A DNA stretch of 64,000 bases from an uncultured delta proteobacterium (GCA_963789265.1 CAWBKB010000006.1:160001-224000); one strand, 5' to 3'. Counted from the stretch's first letter, positions 43,407 through 55,353 are shown. The notes: generated by a model not told the origin, from the letters alone. Program-made: numbers and translations.

Positions 43407-43552
43407 GTGACCATTCACTTACGCGTGGCAAAAGATTGTCATTGCGAGCAAAGCGAAGCAATCTTTTCCTTTAAACGCCGCTTAGATTGCTTCGTCGTTT
43501 GACTCCTCGCAATGACAAAGGACAGAATAGTCCTCGCGAAGTGAATGGTTAC
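43407..43552. mobile_element. MITE-like element family B
   Basis: gtgaccattcactt...aagtgaatggttac with gtcattgcgag...ctcgcaatgac core. Confidence 0.75.
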
Positions 43553-43650
43553 CCCTGCTGCACACATTTTTGTGTATCTTTAGAGGAAGAATTCTTAAAA
43601 TGCCCTGACCCGCTTAAGAAAACCAGGGAAACGAGGAGGAGGTGAACGCT

Positions 43651-44781
43651 ATGAGGCTTTTCGAGCCCTACACTATTGGGAAGAAGCTTCAACTCAAAAA
43701 CCGTATCGTTATGCCGCCGGTGGTGACTCGTCTTGCCACGAGTGAAGGACACGTTACTGATAGCCTGATAGGAAGATACCTGCTGTATGGCAAAGGTGGA
43801 GCTGCGCTCGTGATTACGGAAGCCGTTTCCGTGAAGAAGCAGAAGAGCGGGCAACTCCTAAGATTGAATGACGATGAGTTCATCCCGGGGCTCAAGCAAT
43901 TGACCGATCGTGTTCACGCAGAGACCGACGCAAAGATCGCGCCTCAAATTATCCATTTTCTAAAAGTCGCTCGCAGCGGATATCGCCAAAAAGTCGAGGA
44001 TCTGTCAATCGAAGAGGTCAAAGAAATACCGCAACTGTTTGCTCAGGCAGCCTCTCGCGCGCGGCAAGCAGGGTTTGATGCAGTCGAGCTCCATTACGCC
44101 CACGCCTATACAATGGCATCGTTTCTTTCTCGCTACAACCGCAGAAAAGACGATTACGGCGGGTCACTGAAGAAACGTATTCACCTGGCTGAAGAAGTAG
44201 TCGAAACAACTCGCAAGGCAGTCGGAGACGATTTTGTGCTTGGGGCTCGAATCAATGGCGATGAGTTCACTCTTGGAGGAAACACGCTGGAGCAGTCCAG
44301 GAATATTGCGGTTAGGCTAGCTGAGTTGGGCCTCGATTACATAAGCGTTTCTGCAGGCGGGAAGTTTGAAGATGCGATCCACAAAGAAGGCGAGTCACTC
44401 GATCCATATACCGGATACAGCGGACGCCGAACCATGCCGCCTTCGTGGATGCCTGAAAAGGTAAATGTTTATTTGGCAGCCGACGTCAAGAGAACTCTCA
44501 ATGATGTCGGACACGGTACGACGATCATAACGGCCGGCAGGATTCCCACCGCGGAAGTAGCCGAAGGCGTACTCCGGAACAACGAGGCAGATCTGGTGGC
44601 CGTTGCAAGGCCGATTCTCGCGGATCCATACTGGCCGAACAAATACAGAGAAGGAAGAGAAAAGGACATTTTGAAATGCATCTACTGCAATAAATGTCGT
44701 GAGGCAGAGGGGGCTTTCGAAGAGGTTACTTGTTTTCAGTGGAAGAAGAAGGACGGAACAATCCAGATCCCTGCCCCCTAA
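43651..44781 (+). CDS. Old-yellow-enzyme family NADH:flavin oxidoreductase with C-terminal 4Fe-4S motif
   Basis: LKNRIVMPP, AGFDAVELHYAHAY, DDYGGS, ARPILADP, CIYCNKC-x11-C. Confidence 0.9.
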   Translation: MRLFEPYTIGKKLQLKNRIVMPPVVTRLATSEGHVTDSLIGRYLLYGKGGAALVITEAVSVKKQKSGQLLRLNDDEFIPGLKQLTDRVHAETDAKIAPQIIHFLKVARSGYRQKVEDLSIEEVKEIPQLFAQAASRARQAGFDAVELHYAHAYTMASFLSRYNRRKDDYGGSLKKRIHLAEEVVETTRKAVGDDFVLGARINGDEFTLGGNTLEQSRNIAVRLAELGLDYISVSAGGKFEDAIHKEGESLDPYTGYSGRRTMPPSWMPEKVNVYLAADVKRTLNDVGHGTTIITAGRIPTAEVAEGVLRNNEADLVAVARPILADPYWPNKYREGREKDILKCIYCNKCREAEGAFEEVTCFQWKKKDGTIQIPAP

Positions 44782-44857
44782 ACGGCGGGCGCCACACTCC
44801 TTGGTCGCGAATCTACGCCAATGTTGCTTATGCACGGCACATGGCAGAGGTGACACA

Positions 44858-46514
44858 GTGACGCTAGACGGTTTCATTCCCTACGACAGAAGAGCGGCCC
44901 GGCTCTATGACAAACGGAGATGGTGGCTCGGACTGACTCTCGGGGGCATGTTCGACAAAGTCAGTGACATATATCCCACTCAGGAAGCGCTGGTTGGAGG
45001 CGGCAAGCGATATACTTATGAGGAGCTTCGTGAGTGCGTCGATCGGATGGCATGGAGCCTACTGGAGACCGGTTTGCGGCCCGGCGACCGCGTCCTCCTT
45101 CAGCTTCCGAACTGGCCCGAGTTCGTGATTTCTTACTTTGCTTGCCAGAAAGCCGCGCTGATAATTGTATTGCTCACGGTGAATCATACGGCCAGGGAGA
45201 TATCGCATTTGGCCGACCTTACCCGACCAAGTGCCTGGATAGCCCCTGCCCAGTACCGGGGAACGGATTTTCGCGTCCGGTTTGAAGAAGTTCGGCAGAA
45301 ATACCCGGACCTGAAGGTCATCGCTGTCGGCGAAGAAGTGCTGGTAGGCTGTCTGCGTTATGACGATCTCTTCAACACCGGAGCGGACGTCGGAGAGATA
45401 CGGGCCTCCTTGGAAAGAGTATCTCCCGAGCCTACAGACGTGTGCCAGATTCTGCCTTCAGGCGGCACCACCGGACTTCCGAAAGGGGCTCCCCGGACTC
45501 ACAGCGATTATCTTTGCAATGTGGAGTACAAGTCTCGCGCCTGGCACCTGAACGTTACCGACACGTGCCTGGTGGCTGCGACTGTGGGCCACAACCTTGC
45601 TCTCTTAGTTTGCATCACCGGTCCTATTTTTCACGGCGCCAAAGTTGTCATGCTGGATTCCTCTTATCCACGGGATTTTTGCCAAATTGTGCAGGACGAG
45701 AAAGTCACGTGCACCGGCCTAGTTCCGACACTCATGAGCCGCATTGCGTCATTCGACCGACTTGCAGAGTACTGATCTGAGTTCACTTAACAGGATCTAT
45801 GTCGGCGCTGCTTACAGCTCTCCGGAACTGGTTCGGCAAGTCGAAGAAAAAATAGGTTGCCGATACATTAATGCATTCGGTATGGTCGAAGGTCCGTGCT
45901 CTCAAACTCGTCCGGATGCCCCAATGGAAATGCGGTGCGCAACCATTGGCCGTCCGGTTTGTCCTTACGACGAGTTGGTCACGCTGGACCTGGAAGGTAA
46001 GAGAACCGCTCCGGGTGTCGAGGGCGAACTTGCCGCCAAGGGACCCGGCATTTTCACCGGGTACCTTAACAATCCAAACGCGAACAAAGACGCATTTACT
46101 GCGGATGGGTATTTCAAAACCGGAGATCTCGCCGTCATCGACGAGGCCGGGATCATACGAATTACCGGTCGGATCAAGGACATTATCATCCGGGGAGGGG
46201 AAAACATTGCGGCCCAGGAAGTCGAAGAGCTTATCTCGTCGCATCCCCTTGTACAAACTGTTTCAGTGGTGGGGATGCCGCATGCTGATCTGGGCGAAGA
46301 TCTCTGTGCATACATACAGCCTGTTCCCGGAGCGACCATAACCCAGGCGCAGATCGTTGACCATTTGCAGAAGGTCGGGGCGTCACGGATATTCTTCCCG
46401 GCAAGAACCGAATTCGTGAATCAACTGCCCCTGACTGCAGCGGGCAAGGTGGATAAGAAGGTTCTTCGAGCGGAGATAGCCGAAAAACAAAGAGCCGAAG
46501 CAGAAGCGAAATGA
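44858..46514 (+). CDS. Aryl/cyclic acid-AMP/CoA ligase (+1 frameshift at ~45773)
   Basis: SGGTTGLPKG, FGMVEG, FKTGDL, GRIKDIIIRGGENI, AGKVDKK; resembles the 2,3-dihydroxybenzoate-AMP ligase subgroup. Confidence 0.88.
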
Positions 46515-46581
46515 GGTCTGTCAATATCAAGCCGGTTTTATCGTATTTCGAAATAGCTGCATGCATACGAGGAGATGGCCT

Positions 46582-47343
46582 ATGAGCATAAAGGGAAAGA
46601 CAGTTGTTGTGACTGGGGGCGCGAAGGGCATTGGCAGAGCCATTGGACTGCGTATGGCACGTGACGGCGCAAACGTCGGAATTCTAGACATTGACCACGC
46701 ACTGGCGGCCAAAACGGCGAAGGAGATCGAAGCGCTCAATGTCCGGGCCATGGCGGTCGAATGCGACGTGACTGACTACGCAAAGGTCAAGGCGGCAGTG
46801 GGGACGATTCAGAGGGAGTTTGGGAGTGTGGACATTCTCATCAATAATGCCGGAATTGACAAATCGCAGTTCTTCGTCGACACCGACGAGGCAGTCTGGG
46901 ACCGCTTCATATCCGTGAATTATAAGAGCTTCCTGAACGCGACCCACGCCTGTCTGCCGTACATGATGGAGCAAAAGGGCGGAGTTATTGTAAGCCTCGG
47001 TTCCGATGCCGGCAGAGTCGGGAATTCGGGTGAAGTTGTTTATTGCGGAACAAAGGCAGCCATCATGGCAAGCTCCAAAGCTCTCGCACGCGAACTGGCG
47101 AGATTCAACATCCGGGTGAATAGCGTCAGCCCCGGCCCTGTACAAACTGATCTTTTGTCCGGTCTGCACGAAGGAGAAAAAGGCCAAAGGATCATGGAGG
47201 CGGTAGCCAAGATGATTCCATTGAAACGACTGGGCCTTCCTGAAGATGTCGCGGATGTTGTGGCGTTTCTTGCCGGCGATGATGCACGCTATATGACCGG
47301 CCAGGTACTTAGCGTAGACGGCGGGCTGACAATGATAGGGTGA
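46582..47343 (+). CDS. SDR dehydrogenase, BadH (2-hydroxycyclohexanecarboxyl-CoA dehydrogenase)-like
   Basis: TGGAKGIG, NNAG, SDAGRVGNSGEVVYCGTK. Confidence 0.85.
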   Translation: MSIKGKTVVVTGGAKGIGRAIGLRMARDGANVGILDIDHALAAKTAKEIEALNVRAMAVECDVTDYAKVKAAVGTIQREFGSVDILINNAGIDKSQFFVDTDEAVWDRFISVNYKSFLNATHACLPYMMEQKGGVIVSLGSDAGRVGNSGEVVYCGTKAAIMASSKALARELARFNIRVNSVSPGPVQTDLLSGLHEGEKGQRIMEAVAKMIPLKRLGLPEDVADVVAFLAGDDARYMTGQVLSVDGGLTMIG

Positions 47344-47363
47344 AAAAGGAAAGGAGCCGACTG

Positions 47364-48488
47364 ATGGATTTTACGCTTCCCGATCATATTCTTAAAATCA
47401 AACAGGAAACGCGAGACTGGGTTGAGAATGTTTTGAATCCATTGTCAGCGCCATTGGAAGAGGAAGAGAGAATCCCCGAGGAACTCGTGGAGGCACTAAA
47501 GAAAGGCCGCTTCTTCGGGCTTACCATTCCGAAACAGTATGGGGGCCAAGGCTGGAGCGCCGTTGAATGGTTCACTGTTCTCGAAGAAATGGCTAAGGCA
47601 TACGCGACCGTGCGCCTTATAGCTCACTGTATGAACGGACTTTTCTGGAGGCCTTTGCTTTACTTTGGCACCGAGGAACAAAAAAATAAATATTTGACCA
47701 AACTGGCCACCGGGGAAATTTGGGCGGCAAACAGCCTCACAGAGCCTGAGGCGGGCACTGGAAAAGACATCAATTCAAAAGCAGCCACGGATGGGGATTA
47801 TTATGTTCTAAACGGACGCAAATGGCTCATCTCGCTCTTCCCGGGCTACACGAAGCTGATTTACGCCTTTGCTGCCACTGAAGAAGGGATTACGTCATTT
47901 CTCGTTGACATTCCCGCCGAAGGTGTGACCCTCGCACCGATGAAGAAGATGATGGGATGCGTTGGACCGCGGCACTACAACGTAGTCTACAAGGACTGCC
48001 GAGTCCCCGCTTCAAGCATTTTAGGTGAGAAAGGCAAAGGCTTGGACGTTGCATTCGGGATGCTTCATCTCAGCCGAGTGTCCATTGCCTTTTGCTGCAT
48101 AGGTTTGGCCCAAAAGATGCTCGATCTATCGATCGCTTACGCGAAGCAGAGGAGTACGTTCGGTAAACTCCTTGTTCAGCGGCAAGCCATTCAGAATAAT
48201 ATCGCGCAAATGGGAACCGAGATTCAGGCCGCGCGGCTGCTTGCCTACGAAGCCGCGTGGAAGTTCGACCAGGGACAGGACATCATTACTGCCGCTGCCA
48301 TGGCAAAATTGTTTGCCGAACAGGTGGTCATCCGCGTGTCGGAAATGGCGCTGAGAATGCACGGCGGCATCGGATACACGAAAGCCTACCCTCTGGAACG
48401 GCATTTCCGAGATGTCCGGTCTTTTCACTTTGAGGAGGGTACCGAGGAAATTCAGAAACTTCTGATAGCAAGACAGCTACTTCGATGA
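47364..48488 (+). CDS. Acyl-CoA dehydrogenase
   Basis: LTEPEAG, LNGRKWLI, RSTFGK, HGGIGY, EEGTEEIQK. Confidence 0.92.
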   Translation: MDFTLPDHILKIKQETRDWVENVLNPLSAPLEEEERIPEELVEALKKGRFFGLTIPKQYGGQGWSAVEWFTVLEEMAKAYATVRLIAHCMNGLFWRPLLYFGTEEQKNKYLTKLATGEIWAANSLTEPEAGTGKDINSKAATDGDYYVLNGRKWLISLFPGYTKLIYAFAATEEGITSFLVDIPAEGVTLAPMKKMMGCVGPRHYNVVYKDCRVPASSILGEKGKGLDVAFGMLHLSRVSIAFCCIGLAQKMLDLSIAYAKQRSTFGKLLVQRQAIQNNIAQMGTEIQAARLLAYEAAWKFDQGQDIITAAAMAKLFAEQVVIRVSEMALRMHGGIGYTKAYPLERHFRDVRSFHFEEGTEEIQKLLIARQLLR

Positions 48489-48856
48489 TCGCAAAACGTG
48501 CGCACGCCCGGTCGCATGTAGCTGTGGTGGGTTGCCCGGGCCCGGAGATCGGCAATGTATGCCAAAAGCTCCACGATGAAATCAACGGCCGGGCCCGGAA
48601 TGCCGTATTCCAGCGCTCCGGCATCTTCCTTTGTCATGGAAAGACGCGGAACTCATTTTCTCCCATCTGTCAAGAGGCTGTCGCAAGACCCGCGCTATAT
48701 CGTGCAACTACGACAACGTAACAAGACTGTTCCATTCCGGAATTCTCCAAAGAAGGGGCTTGCAGTGGACGATTACCTTCCGAGAATGTTCCCTACTGAA
48801 CGAAGTTCGGATGATCGCTGAAGAGGACCCAATCAACTAAACGGAAAGGAGATGTC

Positions 48857-50146
48857 ATGAAGCCGAAAGACACTGGACGGAAAGAGGTAGGCAGACGGGA
48901 TTTCATCAAGACGGTGATGGCTGCCGGCGTCACTGTCGCAGGGATGCAGTTGTTACCCCAGACGTCGTTCGCGGCATCCAGGGGGTATATTCTGATCGGC
49001 CATCCAACCCCGGCCACCGGTCCACTTGCTGCCTTCGGAGAAACTTCCACATGGGCTGACAAGCTGGCTGCCAAAGAGATCAACAAGGACGGTGGCATAT
49101 TTATCAAGGACTTGGGCAAGAAGCTACCAATCAAAGTCAAATCCATGGACACGGAGAGCAATCCCACAAAAGCGGCTGAGGTTGCTTCCAAACTGATCCT
49201 GGAGGACAAGGTAGACCTTATGGTGGTCTTGCATACTCCGGACACGGTTAATCCGGTTGGCGCGATCTGCGAAAGGTATCAAGTCCCCTGCATTTCTGCG
49301 GCGGCCCCAATCGAACCCTGGTTGACCGGCGGACCCTACAAATGGACGTTCCACTACTTCTGGGGGTTGGGCGACATTATTACTGTCTTCACCGGCATGT
49401 GGAATGAATTCGCTGACAAGACCAACAAGGTGGTGGGAGGCTTCTGGCCCAATGACCCCGACGGCGCCGTGTGGGCCAAAGAGTTTGGCAAAAAACTCAA
49501 GGCCATGGGATACAAAGTCGTGGATGTGGGAAGATTCCCCTACGGAATGCAGGATTTCAGCAGTTTCATCAGCACCTGGCAAAAGGAAAAAGTTGAAATA
49601 TTGACGGGGGTGCCCATTCCGCCCGACTGGGCGACAGCCTGGCGGCAATGCCACCAGAAACAGTTTATTCCCAAAATTGCGACGATCGGTAAAGCCATTC
49701 TGTTCCCTGCCGCAGTTCAAGCCATTGGTGGAAATCTCGCCGAAGGCCTGTCTTCAGAAATCTGGTGGTCGCCGTGGCATCCTTTCAAGTCATCCTTGAC
49801 CGGAGTTTCCTGCAAAGGGCTTGCGGATCTGTGGACGAAAGAAACTTCCAGACAGTGGACTCAGCCCCTTGGTTTTGATTATGCAGCCTTTGAGATCGCG
49901 GCTGATGTGTTGAAAAGGGCTGCCTCTTTGGACAAAAAGAAGATCCGCGATGCGCTGGTTAAGACCGACCTGGACACGTTGGTGGGCCATATTAAATTCA
50001 ACGAGAAAAATTATGCTCTGACCCCATTGGTGGGCGGTCAATGGGTAAAAGGAAAGAAATGGCCCTGGGATCTCCAGATCGTTTATAATAAGGAGCATAC
50101 CAATATCCCGGTCACGGGAAAGATGTTGTTTCCTATCCCTCGATAA
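48857..50146 (+). CDS. Tat-exported branched-chain-type ABC substrate-binding protein
   Basis: RRDFIK Tat signal; TGPLAAFG; DTESNP; typical of aromatic-acid binding proteins. Confidence 0.9.
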   Translation: MKPKDTGRKEVGRRDFIKTVMAAGVTVAGMQLLPQTSFAASRGYILIGHPTPATGPLAAFGETSTWADKLAAKEINKDGGIFIKDLGKKLPIKVKSMDTESNPTKAAEVASKLILEDKVDLMVVLHTPDTVNPVGAICERYQVPCISAAAPIEPWLTGGPYKWTFHYFWGLGDIITVFTGMWNEFADKTNKVVGGFWPNDPDGAVWAKEFGKKLKAMGYKVVDVGRFPYGMQDFSSFISTWQKEKVEILTGVPIPPDWATAWRQCHQKQFIPKIATIGKAILFPAAVQAIGGNLAEGLSSEIWWSPWHPFKSSLTGVSCKGLADLWTKETSRQWTQPLGFDYAAFEIAADVLKRAASLDKKKIRDALVKTDLDTLVGHIKFNEKNYALTPLVGGQWVKGKKWPWDLQIVYNKEHTNIPVTGKMLFPIPR

Positions 50147-50257
50147 CGAATATCTGAGGCTCTTCTTGATTCTTTGGGAAGAGCCTCATAGAAACCCGAA
50201 TGGAGTTATCTCTCCGACTCGCTTGGGGCATTCCATACACATAACCGGGACGAACCT

Positions 50258-50983
50258 ATGAGCCGCATTCTGACAGTTAATAGTCTTTATAAATCCTTCG
50301 GAAAAGTGGCAGCGGTAAACGATCTGAGATTCGAGGTGGATCGAGGGGAGATACTGGGCATAATCGGCCCCAATGGAGCGGGCAAGACCACCTTGTTTAA
50401 CCTCATATCCGGCGAGATCAAACCCGACCGGGGGAAAGTTGTATTCGACGGTGAAGATGTAACTAACGCGCACATGTACAAAAGATGCCGACAGGGCATA
50501 GCCCGGACCTATCAGATTCCCCGGCCCTTTCCGAACATGACCGTACTGGAAAACCTGTTGGTGGGCGCTACTTACGGCGCGGGAATGGGCCGCCGACAAT
50601 CCAAAGAGAAATGCGACCACATTCTGGAGAGAACCGGATTGGCCGGCAGAAGGGATGTCCGTGCCGGATCCTTACCGCTCTTGGATCGGAAGAGGCTGGA
50701 GTTGGCCAAGGCCCTGTCAACCGCACCGACTCTACTTTTAGTAGATGAAGTGGCGGGCGGACTCACTGAAGCGGAGGTGGAAGACGTCCTGGAAATCATT
50801 CGTTCAGTTCGGAAGGCTGGGGTTACCATACTCTGGGTGGAGCACATAGTCATGGCTATGCAAAAAGGCCCTGATCGGCTGCTGGTAATGGATTTCGGTC
50901 GAAACCTGTTTTGTGGCAAGCCCGATGAGGCCTTCAATTCGGAGGAAGTCCAGAAGGTCTATATGGGGACTGAGGAAGATTAA
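50258..50983 (+). CDS. LivG-like ABC ATPase
   Basis: GPNGAGKT, GIARTYQIPRPF, LVDE. Confidence 0.92.
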   Translation: MSRILTVNSLYKSFGKVAAVNDLRFEVDRGEILGIIGPNGAGKTTLFNLISGEIKPDRGKVVFDGEDVTNAHMYKRCRQGIARTYQIPRPFPNMTVLENLLVGATYGAGMGRRQSKEKCDHILERTGLAGRRDVRAGSLPLLDRKRLELAKALSTAPTLLLVDEVAGGLTEAEVEDVLEIIRSVRKAGVTILWVEHIVMAMQKGPDRLLVMDFGRNLFCGKPDEAFNSEEVQKVYMGTEED

Positions 50984-51690
50984 TGGCCCTGCTGGAGATA
51001 CGGAATTTGGACGTTTTTCATGGGGAGTCCCGAGCCTTAACGAACATCGAGCTGGATGTCGAAAAAGGCCGGATCGTTTCCATATTGGGCGCTAATAGCG
51101 CCGGCAAGTCAACTCTCCTCATGACCGTCTGCGGACTCTTGAGGGCTAAGGCAGGCACCATCTGCTTCGACGGGAAGAGGATCGACGGTCTCGAGCCCTA
51201 TGAGATAGTCGACCTGGGAGTCGCTCTGGTCCCGGAAGGTCGGAAAGTGTTCTCGAGCCTGACCGTCCAAGAAAACCTGCTTATTGGATCTTACACTCCA
51301 AGGGCACGTAAAAAAAGGGATGAAACCATTGCGAGCGTGTTCGAGCTTTTTCCCATCCTCAAGATGAGGAGGCATCAGCAAGGCCCCAACCTGAGTGGTG
51401 GAGAGCAACAGATGCTGTCTATAGGCAGGGCTCTCATGTCGCGACCGAGTTTTCTCATCTTTGACGAGCTTTCTCTGGGGCTGACTCCGCTGGTGATCAA
51501 GGACCTTTACAAGGCTGTCAAAGAAATCAATCGGCGGGGTGTGACGGTAGTACTTGTGGAACAGGATGTGAAACGCAGCCTAAAGGTAGCAGACTTTGTC
51601 TACATTCTCCAAGAAGGCGCGATGGCACTGAAAGGCAATCCGCGATTCTTGTCCGAGGAGATTGTGAAGAGGGCCTACTTCGGTATTTGA
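50983..51690 (+). CDS. LivF-like ABC ATPase
   Basis: GANSAGKS, VPEGRKVF, LSGGEQQM. Confidence 0.92.
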   Translation: MALLEIRNLDVFHGESRALTNIELDVEKGRIVSILGANSAGKSTLLMTVCGLLRAKAGTICFDGKRIDGLEPYEIVDLGVALVPEGRKVFSSLTVQENLLIGSYTPRARKKRDETIASVFELFPILKMRRHQQGPNLSGGEQQMLSIGRALMSRPSFLIFDELSLGLTPLVIKDLYKAVKEINRRGVTVVLVEQDVKRSLKVADFVYILQEGAMALKGNPRFLSEEIVKRAYFGI

Positions 51691-51766
51691 ACTCCGGAGC
51701 CCGGACTTCGGCCACCGGACAAGCCGTTTTTTTTCGCAGCGGCACTGAGAAAAGAGTTAATACACG

Positions 51767-52630
51767 ATGTTGGAGTACCTGGAAGTGATTGTCAACGGCA
51801 TCTTGTTGGGTGGGCTGTATGCAACTGTGGGCATAGGGCTCTCCATGATCTTCGGAATCATGAGGCAGGTCAATCTGGCTCATGGCGAACTGATGATCCT
51901 TTCCGGCTATTTCAGTCTCCTGGTCATGCAGATATTGGGCATTCATCCTCTCTTGACCTTCTTCGCGGTTCTTCCCGCCATGTTTTTCTTCGGCTACGGG
52001 ATACAGGCATTTCTCTTGAACCGGGTTATGCACAGAGGCATGGAACCCTTCCTCATGATCTCATTCGGTCTCTCCATCATCATGCAGAATTCGATGCTGC
52101 TAATCTTTACTCCGGATGCCCGTACATTGGGGAGCAATCTGGCCGTCCAGAGCGTGGATGTGTTTGGTTACTTCCATCTGCCGGTGATTTATCTCGTCAA
52201 TTTCGGTGTGGCTCTCTTGATGCTGGTCTTGCTCCATCAGTTCATGAAAAGGACCTATCTCGGCTGGGCTATCAGCGCCGCGGCTGACGATCTCACCACT
52301 ACCAAACTTATGGGCATTGATCCCCAACGAGTCTACGCGCTGACCATGGGCATAGCGGCTGTCACTGCTGCCGTTTCAGGAATACTTGTCGGCGCGACTT
52401 TCACCTTTTACCCCCATTCCGGTACCCAGTACCTGATCACGGCTTTCGGCGTAGTCATTATCGGCGGCCTGGGAAGTCTACCGGGAACATTCTTGGGCGG
52501 CATGGTCCTCGGCGTCTCGCAGTTGATGGGCGGGCGTATCCTAGGTCCCGGATTTCAGACACTGAGCGGTTACCTCGTTCTGCTTGTTGTGTTGACCATA
52601 AGGCCTCAAGGAATACTTGGAAGGAGGTAA
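51767..52630 (+). CDS. LivH-like ABC permease
   Basis: VNLAHGE, IIGGLGSLPG, IRPQGILG. Confidence 0.92.
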   Translation: MLEYLEVIVNGILLGGLYATVGIGLSMIFGIMRQVNLAHGELMILSGYFSLLVMQILGIHPLLTFFAVLPAMFFFGYGIQAFLLNRVMHRGMEPFLMISFGLSIIMQNSMLLIFTPDARTLGSNLAVQSVDVFGYFHLPVIYLVNFGVALLMLVLLHQFMKRTYLGWAISAAADDLTTTKLMGIDPQRVYALTMGIAAVTAAVSGILVGATFTFYPHSGTQYLITAFGVVIIGGLGSLPGTFLGGMVLGVSQLMGGRILGPGFQTLSGYLVLLVVLTIRPQGILGRR

Positions 52631-52638
52631 CCTTCTGT

Positions 52639-53578
52639 ATGTCGGCAAACTCGATACGTGTGGCCGTGATGGTTCTTGCTGTGACAGCTCTGCTTACGCT
52701 TCCGGTTCTGGGCCTCTCGCTATGTTGTGAACGTTTGGTTGCTCATCTGTGTTTTCGCGGCCTTGGCATCCATGTGGAATCTGTTGGCCGGCTACTCGGG
52801 AATGGTTTCGCTCGGTCAGCAAATGTTTATCGGCTTGGGTGGATATACCCTGGCGGTATTGTCGCTGTACTATGGGATGCCGCTTTCATTGTCGGTTCTT
52901 CTCGGTGGGCTCATATCCACGATCCTGGCAGTAGTTATATCCATTCCGGTTTTCAGGATGAAAGGGGTATATTTCTCCATAGGGACTTGGGTCATTGCAG
53001 AGGCCTTAGGGATCTTTTTCAGCAACTGGGGTTACGTGAAATACGGAATGGGTTTGTTCATTCAGCCTGCATACAAAGTCTCCATGTCTGCCATTTACTA
53101 TGGCGCGGCCTTGCTGGCCATCGGATCGGTTGCTCTCGTCTACTGGTTGCTTCGTTCAAATTTAGGGATCGCCTTGATGGCCATCCGGGACGACGATGTG
53201 GCATCCCAGGCTATGGGCGTCAATATCTTTCGATGCAAGTTCATTTGCTTTCTCATTAGCGCTTTTGTGACAGGGACCGTAGCCGGAATATTGTATTTGA
53301 ACGCGGTATTCATTCAACCGTTTGACGCTTTCGGAATCGGTTGGACCGTGAAGCTGTTGTTTATAGTAATCATCGGAGGCATTGGAACCGTGGAAGGGCC
53401 GATTGTAGGCGCGGTAATCTTTGTGCTCCTCCAACAATACCTTTCGGAATACGTCGGATACAATCTCATCATCCTCGGTATAATCACCATTACTGCAGTT
53501 CTTTTCGCTCCCAGTGGCGTTGTGGGTGCCGTCCGGGAGAGGTACCGTCTTGAACTATTTCCGATTCGCCGTCAATAG
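52639..53578 (+). CDS. LivM-like ABC permease (+1 frameshift at ~52710)
   Basis: WNLLAGYSGMVSLGQ, IIGGIGTVEGP. Confidence 0.88.
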
Positions 53579-53630
53579 CCGCCGTCAGAAGTTACGTCTT
53601 TATCAATACACCTCAGAGGAGGGATCGAAA

Positions 53631-55353
53631 ATGATTGACAGAAGCATCTCGTCGATGAGAGCACTCAGACCCGACAGCAATTTCGACAAATCAATCTTTT
53701 GGTTTAGGGATGACCTCCATCAACCCTACACCATATCACCCATGGGCATGACTACTATACAGGCTCACCATGCCTGGGGCTATCATGTCGCCGCGGAGGT
53801 CACTAACCTCCCGCCTTCAAAGGGTGGGCATGTAAAAGTTTATAAAGGGAGGGTCTATATCGGATTTGCACTGATTGGCGATGTGGCGGAAATTGCCGAA
53901 CGAGAGCCGGAATTCACTAAATTGATCGAATACTGTCTGGGCCATTGGGATGATTACTATCAAAAGCATATAAAAGAAGTCATCTCAAATTTGGACACAC
54001 TTAACGGTGTCGATACCGATAAATTATTGCTGCCGCATCTGTTGGAGCACTTAAAACGCGCGGAAATATTAGATAGACGAAATTGGGAAATTCATTTCTG
54101 CCTAATGTATCCCGCGGACGCGGTCTATTTTACTTTCGAGGACTATTGCAAAAAGCATGGCCTGGAAGAAAAAGATTTCGTGAACATGCTCAGAGGCTTC
54201 GATAGCATCGCCACACAGACTGATGAGGAGATGTGGAACCTTGCTAAATTTGGAGAGGAGTGTGGCATAAAGGATTTGTTGTCCTACACGAACTCGGAAG
54301 AGTTATTGGAAGAACTAAAGAAGCACTCCGAGGCCAGGCCCTGGCTGGACAAATTTTATCGTTTCCTCAACATTTACGGCAATCGAGTAGTGGCTGCTCA
54401 CCTCGACGTCACTACTCCAACCTGGATTGAAGACCCTACTCCTGTTCTGGATACGATAAAAGGCTATTACAATCGGATCGAGGGCGGCTGGGATTTCTTT
54501 GAATCCAAGCAGCAAATTCGGGACGATAGAAGCAAGACGATCGCTGAATTTGAGGCCCGCTTGAATGACGATGCGGAGAAGGAGAACTTCAGGCAATTGC
54601 TCAAAGCGGCCCAGGGGGTCTATGCCTTCCAGGAAGATCATGGTTTCTATATAGACCAGGGTTCGACCGCCGCTTTGCGAAATGCCATCATCGGTTGCGG
54701 AAAGAGGCTGTTCCGACGAAAACTTATCGACCAGGTAGATGATGTTTGCTATCTTACCTACCCGGAACTAGTGGAGATTATGGAGGCTCTGGTCTACAAC
54801 GAAAAAGTTGCCAAGTATCACTACGGGGCACTGGTTCCGAATCTCATCAAGGAGAGGAAGGAAGACGCCCGGATGGCCACCGACTCGGATGCGCCTCTAA
54901 CTTTTGGAAATGTTCCTGAGAAGATGACCGATCCTATTGGCATTAAAGTGTTTGGGATCATTGATGAGATATTGCATCCCAAAGGAGAACGTAACATCGA
55001 AGAGAGACTGGAAGGCTTCCCCGGGTCTCCGGGCATTGTCGAAGGCCCCGCGAAAGTCATAATGGATTACAAGGATTTTCAGAAGGTGAAAGCTGGAGAG
55101 ATTTTGGTATGCCCCTACACTGGAACTGCCTGGACACCGCTTTTTGTGAAAATCGGCGGTGTTGTCACGGACACGGGCGGTATGCTGACCCACGCGGCCA
55201 TTGCCGCACGAGAGGTACAATATACCCGCTGTTGTGGGTACCTGGAATGCGACCAGATCGATAAACGACGGCGACATCATAAGGATTGACGGCAATGTGG
55301 GAATTGTCGAGGTAATAAAAAGAGCAGCGGCACAGGAGAAGGCAGACGCCTAA
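53631..55353 (+). CDS. PEP-utilising phospho-His swivel-domain protein with large helical N-terminal substrate domain (phenylphosphate synthase alpha-subunit-like; +1 frameshift at ~55214)
   Basis: GFPGSPGIVEGPAKV, GEILVC..T...WTPLF, GGMLTHAAIAARE(Y)NIPAVVG; no ATP-grasp domain. Confidence 0.85.

Noticed and set aside
39063..55353. A broken housekeeping PEP synthase
   Set aside because: The halves have their own SD, start and stop, lie 13.6 kb apart, no pyruvate-binding barrel domain is present, and the swivel protein has a large unrelated N-terminal domain.
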